Shown here in pieces: positions 17,936 to 25,421 of a stretch of DNA of 64,000 nucleotides. The translations under genes were made by a program, and so were the position numbers. The notes under the pieces are model-generated. The model was not told the DNA's origin, made no database searches, and saw only the letters and a program-made list of their open reading frames with translations. The stretch's first letter is position 1; each line of letters opens with the position of its first letter. The stretch comes from Pseudobdellovibrionaceae bacterium. GTDB lineage: Bacteria > Bdellovibrionota > Bdellovibrionia > Bdellovibrionales > Bdellovibrionaceae. The DNA is taken from positions 1,658 through 65,657 of the forward strand of contig JAYVPD010000012.1 in the NCBI GenBank assembly GCA_043757515.1, given 5' to 3'.

Positions 17936-19165
17936 ATGATTAAAAAATGTAAATATTTATTTTTGAGTTTTTCTATATGCTTTTCTGGTTGGTCGTCCGT
18001 TTGTTGGTCTCATGGGCATGAAGAAACGCGTGATTGGAAAGCGAAGTCGGCAGAGGCCTTTTCAGATGCAGAATCCAATTTTAAATTGACGATGAAGGCT
18101 TTGCTTGAAAAACATGTAGATAAATCACTTAATAAGGACGATCTTTTTCGCGCGGCTACAGCCGGTATGTTGGCTTCACTAAACGGTGTGGATGAGTCTT
18201 GGAATGAACTATTATCGCCAGAAGATATGCATGAGATGCAAATCGATCTGTCGGGCAAGGTTACGGGCATCGGTATCGAGCTAAAATTTGAAGAAAGTAC
18301 GGGGTATGGCATGGTGCTAAAATTAATCCCTGGTTCGGCAGCAGAAAAATCAGGATTAAAACCAGACGATCAGATTTTAAGTGTTGATGGCAAAAAATTT
18401 AAAGGAAAGAAATTTCACGATATGGTGTTCGCCGTTCGTGGTGCTGTGGGCAATTCAGTTTCCTTAAAAGTTTTGCGTGAAGATAAAATAATGACATTCA
18501 ATATTAAACGCGAATCTGTGCCTTGGACACCCGTTGAATTGGAAGCTATTGATGATTCTACTGCGCTATTGAGTATCCGATTTTTTAATGACGAGACACC
18601 GAAAATGGTCGAACAAAAAATAATTGAAATTAACGGTGGTAAATTTAAAAAGTTAATTGTTGATGTGCGCGATAATGGCGGTGGTGGTTTTGATCAAGCC
18701 ATTCATGTTACTGAGCTTTTCATACCAAAAGACTTGGGCGTAGCAAGAACACGTAACCGCGATGGGCAGATCGAACAGTTTAAATCAAAAAAAGGTTTAC
18801 TGAATTCAGACATGCCCGTGATTCTGTTAACAAATAAAAAGACATACAGCGGTGCGGAACTTTTCACAGCGGCGTTAAAAGAAAGTCGAAATGTTAAAAT
18901 TGTTGGCGAGAGAACTTTTGGCAAATGGACTGCGCAGACAGTAGAGCCATTGCCAAATAGATTTGCGATCAAATACACGGTTAAAGAATTTCAATCACCA
19001 AATGGAAATTCCTTTCAAAACAAAGGGGTTAAACCTGATTTGGAAGTCTTATTGCCATCAGGAGTTGACTCTCAAGACCTAAGACATCGACTCGATATGA
19101 AAAAAAGAATGAATGAAGACACGCAGCTAAAAGCGGCGCTCGAGTTATTGAAGACGGCCGGATAA
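17936..19165 (+). CDS. S41 family C-terminal processing peptidase with PDZ domain
   Basis: The ATG at 17936 follows an AGGAG RBS. PDZ segment (GIGIELKFEE...LIPGSAAEKSGLKPDDQILSVDG) and S41 catalytic region (NKKTYSGAELF). Confidence 0.85.
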   Translation: MIKKCKYLFLSFSICFSGWSSVCWSHGHEETRDWKAKSAEAFSDAESNFKLTMKALLEKHVDKSLNKDDLFRAATAGMLASLNGVDESWNELLSPEDMHEMQIDLSGKVTGIGIELKFEESTGYGMVLKLIPGSAAEKSGLKPDDQILSVDGKKFKGKKFHDMVFAVRGAVGNSVSLKVLREDKIMTFNIKRESVPWTPVELEAIDDSTALLSIRFFNDETPKMVEQKIIEINGGKFKKLIVDVRDNGGGGFDQAIHVTELFIPKDLGVARTRNRDGQIEQFKSKKGLLNSDMPVILLTNKKTYSGAELFTAALKESRNVKIVGERTFGKWTAQTVEPLPNRFAIKYTVKEFQSPNGNSFQNKGVKPDLEVLLPSGVDSQDLRHRLDMKKRMNEDTQLKAALELLKTAG

Positions 19166-19191
19166 ATTAGTGTTTTTCCTCTAGTTCCCTT

Positions 19192-19220
19192 AAAAAAAAC
19201 ACCGGCTTGTCTAAAGCCGG
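19192..19220 (-). terminator. hairpin with a T8 tract on the minus strand (orientation puzzling)
   Basis: Stem CCGGCTT (19202-19208) / AAGCCGG (19214-19220). An A8 run at 19192-19199 on the plus strand equals U8 after the stem on the minus strand. On the plus strand only CTGTT follows the stem. Confidence 0.4.
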
Positions 19221-19448
19221 CTGTTCGAAGTTGTGTCGAAGACAAGATGAAATCTTTGTTTCTAGTTTTTTCTGAGGGGGTTTCCAAGTGGATCAGCACG
19301 CCATAGTCTAACTCTTGCGAAATTTATTTTTCCAAGTATGATTGGAACGTTGATATTCGCACGAAGTTTTAAATCGCAGAGATCTAAAATGGAAGTATTG
19401 GAAACAACTAAAAAACAATTGTTGAAAATAGTAAAAACGGAGAAAAAA

Positions 19449-20729
19449 ATGAAATCTAACGCAAACCCAGTTTATATTTTAGGAAGTTCCAGGATCCCGT
19501 TTGCAAAAAGTCAAACCAACTATTCTGATGTGACACGAAAAGAGTTAATGGTCGCCGCTGTCGAGGGTCTTGTAAAAAATGTAAAGTTAGACAATCAATT
19601 TATTGGCGACACGGCTTTGGGTGCCGTGATGAACAGTTCGTCTGATTTTAATTTGGCCCGAGAAGTATTGCTATCCACTGCTATTCATCCGGATTCACCA
19701 GCTTACAATGTTCAGCGAGCTTGCGGCACAGGGCTGGAAACAGTTTGGCAGTTAGCACTGAAGGCCCATGTAGGGGCAATTAAACTTGGAATTGCGGGTG
19801 GAGTCGATACCAATAGTGATTTGCCGATCGAGGTTTCCAAACGGTTTCAGCGGGTTCTTCTTGATTTAAATAAAGCACGTAGCTTTGGTGAAAAATTAGC
19901 GGCTATTTCACATTTGGGTTTTGGTGCTTTTAAACCATCCGTCCCAAGTGTAAATGAGCCGCGAACATTAAAATCTATGGGCGAACACTGTGAACTTATG
20001 GTTAAGGAATGGCATATTTCCCGAGAAGAACAAGATATTTTAGCATTAGCCAGTCATAAGAATGGGGCTAAAGCTTACGATGCTGGTTTTTATGATGACC
20101 TGGTTATACCGTTTCATGGATTGAAACGCGATGGAACTTTGCGAGGCGATACGTCGCTAGAAAAATTGGCAAAATTGAAACCAGTTTTTGACACATCTTC
20201 AGCCGGTACATTGACTGCCGGAAATAGTTCACCACTCACAGATGGAGCAGCCTGCGTGTTGGTTGGAAATCAAGCGGGTGCTGACCAAGTGGGTGCTAAA
20301 CCACTGGCTCGTTTGGTCGATGTTCAAGCAGCAGCCGTTGATTTTGTTAAAGGAGCCGGCTTATTAATGGCGCCTACAAAGGCGATCGCACAGCTATTTA
20401 CTCGTAATAAATTAACGCCGGCTGATTTTGATTATTTTGAATTGCATGAAGCCTTTGCGGGACAGGTGCTTTGTAACTTAAAAGCGCTTGAAGACTCCGA
20501 GTATTCTAAAAATGTTTTGGGCTTAGCAAGTCCTATTGGCCCTTTTGATAGAAATAAGATGAATCAGGTAGGTAGCAGTTTGGCTGTCGGTCATCCATTC
20601 GCAGCAACTGGAGCTCGAATTACTGGAACACTGGCTAAATTGCTAGCGAGTGGCGGTAAAAAACGGGGTTTAATTTCAATTTGCACTGCTGGCGGTATGG
20701 GAATCGCTGCTATTTTGGAATCAGTTTAG
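19449..20729 (+). CDS. acetyl-CoA C-acyltransferase (thiolase family)
   Basis: The ATG at 19449 follows a GGAG. Active-site Cys region QRACGTGLE, C-terminal GHPFAATGARI and CTAGGMGIA. Confidence 0.85.
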   Translation: MKSNANPVYILGSSRIPFAKSQTNYSDVTRKELMVAAVEGLVKNVKLDNQFIGDTALGAVMNSSSDFNLAREVLLSTAIHPDSPAYNVQRACGTGLETVWQLALKAHVGAIKLGIAGGVDTNSDLPIEVSKRFQRVLLDLNKARSFGEKLAAISHLGFGAFKPSVPSVNEPRTLKSMGEHCELMVKEWHISREEQDILALASHKNGAKAYDAGFYDDLVIPFHGLKRDGTLRGDTSLEKLAKLKPVFDTSSAGTLTAGNSSPLTDGAACVLVGNQAGADQVGAKPLARLVDVQAAAVDFVKGAGLLMAPTKAIAQLFTRNKLTPADFDYFELHEAFAGQVLCNLKALEDSEYSKNVLGLASPIGPFDRNKMNQVGSSLAVGHPFAATGARITGTLAKLLASGGKKRGLISICTAGGMGIAAILESV

Positions 20730-20769
20730 TTGAATTAAAGTGGACTTTTGTATTCTAAACTAAAATTCA

Positions 20770-21618
20770 CTATTTGCGAAGCTCTTGAATACAGCGCCAC
20801 TTAGGCTCTACAAGGCTGCCCCCGCGCTTGCTGGTTAAGTCAATGCATGTTTCTTGGTTGTCGCTTTCCTTACGATTAAAATGAGAAGCTTCGTAGACGA
20901 CGACGTTTGCAAATCGTTTTTGTTTTCCATCCCAGCCCGTCGCATTTAAATAATCGAGCTTATCTTTAAAAAATTTTTTCCACTGACTTTTTTCATAACT
21001 AAGGTGGGGATCAAATTCAACATAGAGTTTTTTGTTTACAATTTTTGCGGTTTTCAACGCATTCAAATCCTTATCTGTAGCGGTCATCGCTCTGCCGGAG
21101 GTTGACTTCATGTCAATTTGATCGGCGTCACTTCGCGGAATTAAATTTGAATAACTAAAGCCGTCTGCTGTAGGAAATATTGCGGAAACCGCACCTAGGT
21201 CACGTTGGTCAGTGATTTTATCGGTTTTTGCATTCCATAAAACGACTCGGTAGTTGTCTTGAAACGGTCTATTGTCACTAGAATAAAATATAGCCAACGT
21301 GTTTTTTCCGATTGGCAATGCCAGAGTGTCTTTGCAGTTTGATTTGATTTTGGGGGGGATGAAATTAAAATCGCCTTCGCTGGATTTAAGGGTGGATTCT
21401 AACGTTGATTCAATTTTACTTTTTAAAAAAACTAGTGGTGCACCGGAAAAATCGTTTGTGGCTGAGTCCATTTTTTTTTCAAAACGTAAAAATAATTCCA
21501 CTTTTATTTTGCCTAAATGACAAGTGGTTTGCTTGAAAGGAATTGATTTTTTCAGGGTAATAGAATTCGACAGTAAAGGTATCAAAAACAGTAGGAGACT
21601 AGTTATTTTACTCAGCAT
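20770..21618 (-). CDS. secreted hypothetical protein
   Basis: 282 aa. N-terminal signal (LLFLIPLLSNSITL). No recognised domain. Clean ORF with only one overlapping minor ORF. Confidence 0.5.
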   Translation of the reverse strand: MLSKITSLLLFLIPLLSNSITLKKSIPFKQTTCHLGKIKVELFLRFEKKMDSATNDFSGAPLVFLKSKIESTLESTLKSSEGDFNFIPPKIKSNCKDTLALPIGKNTLAIFYSSDNRPFQDNYRVVLWNAKTDKITDQRDLGAVSAIFPTADGFSYSNLIPRSDADQIDMKSTSGRAMTATDKDLNALKTAKIVNKKLYVEFDPHLSYEKSQWKKFFKDKLDYLNATGWDGKQKRFANVVVYEASHFNRKESDNQETCIDLTSKRGGSLVEPKWRCIQELRK

Positions 21619-21791
21619 TCACACTCCAAAACAAAAGGAATATTAAGTTTATGGTAGGATTGCATTTTTGCAACCATAAAAACCCAAAACTAAATCCAAA
21701 TCCTAGCAGGGGCCAAAGACATTTTCTTGACAGCCCAGCCTGGTATAGACCAAGGTTTCAATAGTAATAAACCATTTAAAAAGGACAAAAA

Positions 21792-22082
21792 ATGACTTCA
21801 ACAATTTATAGAAATACAGCGTTACTAGCGTCTGTTTTATTATTAGTTTCCACTGGAGCTTTAGCGGCAAATAAAACGTATCAGGTAACGGGGCCAGTTT
21901 TAGAAATGACCGATTCTACGATCACAGTTCAAAAAGGTAGTGAGAAATGGGTACTTAAAAAAGACGCTACCACGGCTAGTAAGGGCGAAGTTAAAGTAGG
22001 GTCAAAAGTAACTATTGAATATTCTATGACAGCCACCTCAATAGAAGCGAAAGAAGCTAAATCACCTAAAAAGAAGAAATAG
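21792..22082 (+). CDS. small secreted protein with Lys-rich tail
   Basis: 96 aa. Signal peptide ending GALA-AN. A GGA-containing RBS lies upstream. A terminator follows. Confidence 0.55.
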   Translation: MTSTIYRNTALLASVLLLVSTGALAANKTYQVTGPVLEMTDSTITVQKGSEKWVLKKDATTASKGEVKVGSKVTIEYSMTATSIEAKEAKSPKKKK

Positions 22083-22089
22083 ATTAATC

Positions 22090-22121
22090 GGCCAGCTCAA
22101 GATGGGCTGGCCAAATTTTTT
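22090..22121 (+). terminator. rho-independent terminator between convergent genes
   Basis: GGCCAGC (22090-22096) / GCTGGCC (22106-22112), followed by AAATTTTTT. Confidence 0.6.
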
Positions 22122-22123
22122 AA

Positions 22124-22954
22124 CTAAGCTCCGCATACGTGATGAGTGTGCCGAATTATAAAAGCCCTGGGAACGAATTTTTCATATCGTTTAAGCAATG
22201 CCGATTTGGCTTTTTCTGCTCCAGTAAGCTCTGCGCCTACTATCAAATAGCCTTTATATTCCATATCCCCATAAGTGCTTTCAGATTCCACCGATATTTT
22301 TGGAAACGGTTCTTTTCGAGTTGAAAAATAGCTGTCCGATGAGGCTGCTGTTTTATTGCTGGAATAGGCTATACCGACCGCTTTAGATATTTCAGTAGCG
22401 ATCAAATCTGCATTTTCCCAGGTTACTGTTCGAGCTAGCACAAATACCTTGGAATCAATACATCCAGATGTCGCACCGTAGCCGCCTTTATCGCCTTTTA
22501 CTTTGGTAAATTTAATATATGAATCAGGGATTGCACTTTTATATTTGGAAAATAAATTTTTTGAATCGATTGAAACCACGCCGCCAACTACAATGAATAA
22601 ATTTGGTGTCAAATTATTATATTTAGAAGAAATCTCGACAGTCAGATGGTCTTTATCATCATAATTGGAAACACGAGGCTTGTACAAATCATCCGAAAAC
22701 GAATGGGACTCAAAAGGAACATTCACTTTTTCACTAATTTCTTTAGCTTTTTTTTCCGCGTCTGCAGACGTTTTGGCACTAGCCAAAATCATCAATCCCC
22801 ATTTTATTGGTTTCGATTTTATTTGAGCACACGTGCTGTCATGGTCTTCTTTATCGCGTCCCACATCTAATTTAAGCGCTCGAGAGAGCGACTCGCTTGT
22901 TGCTAAACTATTCGTAGAAAATATCAAAAAGAAAGAAAAGAATAGAAATTTCAT
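22124..22954 (-). CDS. secreted protein, possibly two SPOR-like repeats
   Basis: 276 aa. Signal peptide. Two segments with a SPOR-like pattern (WGLMILASAKTSADAEKKAKEISEK...; GYLIVGAELTGAEKAKSALLKRYEKFVPRAFIIRH). The call is weak. Confidence 0.4.
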   Translation of the reverse strand: MKFLFFSFFLIFSTNSLATSESLSRALKLDVGRDKEDHDSTCAQIKSKPIKWGLMILASAKTSADAEKKAKEISEKVNVPFESHSFSDDLYKPRVSNYDDKDHLTVEISSKYNNLTPNLFIVVGGVVSIDSKNLFSKYKSAIPDSYIKFTKVKGDKGGYGATSGCIDSKVFVLARTVTWENADLIATEISKAVGIAYSSNKTAASSDSYFSTRKEPFPKISVESESTYGDMEYKGYLIVGAELTGAEKAKSALLKRYEKFVPRAFIIRHTHHVCGA

Positions 22955-23254
22955 TGGCCCTGCCTCTGGGCTCTATTAAACTCTGCTCTTGAGTGCGGCG
23001 CAAACTAAATCAAGCCTATCTGATTTTAATCTGTTTGTATTTTCGCCAGTCATTAACTGTCTAATTCTAGTTTCAGTTAGGGTTGTTTTCTAGGCGAAAT
23101 AAAATGGTTCTTGGCCGTCAACTGATAAATCATGGTTGCCGATAGGATTGACGGCTGGAACTAGACCCCAGTCTTAGATTAATTTTAAAGTTGTTAAAAT
23201 AAGTCGGTACAAATTAGAATTTATGGATAGCTTAGGCAAAAAAAAGGGGTCGTT

Positions 23255-23560
23255 TTGATTAAAAAAAAGGTAGAATTAGGAATACTATTTTTTTCACTTT
23301 TACAATCAGGCTGTGCTGGAATTAAAGTGGTTAATCCTAATGATCAAAACAAAAACGCGGGGACACTTTCGCTTGATGCCAGTGGTGGGCAATTGAAACT
23401 CGTAGGCACATACACGTGCAAAATTGAATCACTGGGAAAACGTTATTCAGCAGTCGGCAAAAGTGAAGGCGAAGCCAGCAAAGAAGTCGTTGCAAAATGC
23501 CATGACGGCACCTTGCTTTCTAATTGCAAACCTGAAAATGTAAAATGCCTAAAAAACTAA
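23255..23560 (+). CDS. small lipoprotein, unknown function
   Basis: 101 aa. TTG start after AAGGGG. Lipobox-like LLQSGC. Confidence 0.45.
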   Translation: MIKKKVELGILFFSLLQSGCAGIKVVNPNDQNKNAGTLSLDASGGQLKLVGTYTCKIESLGKRYSAVGKSEGEASKEVVAKCHDGTLLSNCKPENVKCLKN

Positions 23561-24510
23561 AGGCTGCTCACGTATTCCTCGAGCTTGTCTAGAGAACCTG
23601 TCCAACCTTGGGTCATTCCTGCGCGACCTTGAGCAAAAGTAGCCAGCTCTTCAGCCGTAACTGAACCTTGGGGCTCCCAGCGAATTGTAAGGCGAGTTTT
23701 GGTCGGTGTTTCTTCTGAAAGGAAAATTGTGGTGAGCATTGTTTCTGGCCAAGTTGGCGACATCGGATGACGATTGACCTTTTCGTTTTCATCGCAAAAT
23801 TGCTGGGTGTAGATTAAAAGATTTGGACGTTCTAATTTGAGGTATTCGGCTCGGCCATACATTTTTACATTGCCACCATCTGTCATGCAGTAGAATGTAC
23901 TGCTGCCTGGTTTGATTTCTGGTCTGAAAAAATTCATTTGAAATCCAGTTGGTGCTAGCCACTTTGAAAAATGCTTTGGATCGGTCCACATATCGTATAA
24001 AACATTTATGGGTGCTTCAAACGATCTATTGATGACAAAAATCTCTTGCCCTGTAGATTCTTTTGACAAGTATTCTGCCAATCGATCCCAAGTGCTATCG
24101 CCCCCGGCTTTCTTAATAAATTTTCGTGTCTCTTCGGCGGCTTCAGGAGTCGCAAGGGCCATCGACATTTCCATTTTTGTTTTACCTTTTGATTCTGAAA
24201 AATTGACGGTGACTTGAAACAGAGCAGGGTGGTCGTCGTTGGCGCCATGATCGTAAACAAGTCGTTTGTTTGTTTCTACTTCTAAATAGTGAGCTTTGTT
24301 GGGGTAGTCCACCCCATCTGGTCCATGCATTGTGTACGCCCAGCTGCCGCCAGTTCTAAAATCTTTACTGTGGGTCGTAATTGTAAATCCTCTTGGACCC
24401 CACCATTTGGCTGCTTTTTTTGGATCGGTCCAAGCCTCCCAAACCACTTTTACGGGAGCATCATAAATTCTTGTAATATCAATTGTGTTCGATCTATTTT
24501 TTACGGGCAT
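23557..24510 (-). CDS. tandem SRPBCC / AHSA1 (Aha1-like) domain protein
   Basis: 317 aa. Two repeats of the ITR.(Y/F).AP...(V/L)(W/Y)..WTDP....KW(W/L).P.GF pattern typical of the Activator-of-Hsp90-ATPase-like SRPBCC fold. Confidence 0.8.
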   Translation of the reverse strand: MPVKNRSNTIDITRIYDAPVKVVWEAWTDPKKAAKWWGPRGFTITTHSKDFRTGGSWAYTMHGPDGVDYPNKAHYLEVETNKRLVYDHGANDDHPALFQVTVNFSESKGKTKMEMSMALATPEAAEETRKFIKKAGGDSTWDRLAEYLSKESTGQEIFVINRSFEAPINVLYDMWTDPKHFSKWLAPTGFQMNFFRPEIKPGSSTFYCMTDGGNVKMYGRAEYLKLERPNLLIYTQQFCDENEKVNRHPMSPTWPETMLTTIFLSEETPTKTRLTIRWEPQGSVTAEELATFAQGRAGMTQGWTGSLDKLEEYVSSL

Positions 24511-24992
24511 TTTTTTTCCTTTTCTTATTTTTTTTAGTCGAATAATAGTTTTTTTATCAAAATTCTTCCGAATTAAAATTGTATCATCTGAATTCTTGAT
24601 CTGGATAAATTTTTATAAATCTCAATAATTGACTCTTTTTTTTAATTGGCAATTCTGTAGAGACCTCTTTGGTCTTGGAAAGAAAACCGAGGATCTTAGG
24701 CCAGTCATAGCTCTGTACCTATGAACTTGGATGGCCTTCACCAGGCAGGTTGGGTCGCGCAACAATGCGATGCAGATCAAAAATAAACTTCTAGATCAGT
24801 ATGACCCTAACTTGTGCGCATCCGTTCATCAGACTCGATGTAAAAAAGTTTATAATCTGCCACCTACCAATGTTGGCTATTGGCAAGTTACATGCGCTTG
24901 TAACAGTATGTAAAATAAAATTGCAATAAAAGCCCGGACAGCAAAGGTCTGGGCTATATAGACACTCTCTGCAAAAAAGCTTACAAATAAGT

Positions 24993-25421
24993 ATGTCCGA
25001 TGTGCCAAAAAAAAAGCGCTTTTTGCCGGGGCGTTATTTAATTTATCCCGAAATTCAGCTTAAATATGCGTCTATTTTTACCGGTATTGTAGTAATAACT
25101 TTAGCTTTTTTTTTCGTGGGGGAATTTTTCTATCTCAGTCGTGGCGAGAGTCTTGGTATTGAACCAAGTCTGATTGAGGGAATTAAAGATAGTCTTATTT
25201 CCTTCAACTTGCTTGTGTTTATTATCTCTACTGTTCTGACATTTTTGGTTTCAATATTGATAACTCATCGATTTTTGGGTCCAGTCATAGCGATAAAGCG
25301 GGCCCTTGAAAATTATAAATCAGACAATCAAAACTTTAAAATTAAAATAAGAAAAACAGATGAAGCTCATTTATTGGTCAAAATATTAAATGAGTTTTTT
25401 GAAGGATTAGATGAAAAATAG
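24993..25421 (+). CDS. small two-TM membrane protein with HAMP-like linker
   Basis: 142 aa with two TM helices. THRFLGPVIAIKRALENY resembles the start of a HAMP domain. Its stop overlaps the downstream start by 11 nt. Confidence 0.5.
   Translation: MSDVPKKKRFLPGRYLIYPEIQLKYASIFTGIVVITLAFFFVGEFFYLSRGESLGIEPSLIEGIKDSLISFNLLVFIISTVLTFLVSILITHRFLGPVIAIKRALENYKSDNQNFKIKIRKTDEAHLLVKILNEFFEGLDEK

Noticed and set aside
19072-19299. 75-aa minus-strand ORF in the peptidase-thiolase spacer
   Set aside because: It reads through the terminator hairpin and overlaps the end of the peptidase gene. It has no RBS or recognisable features.
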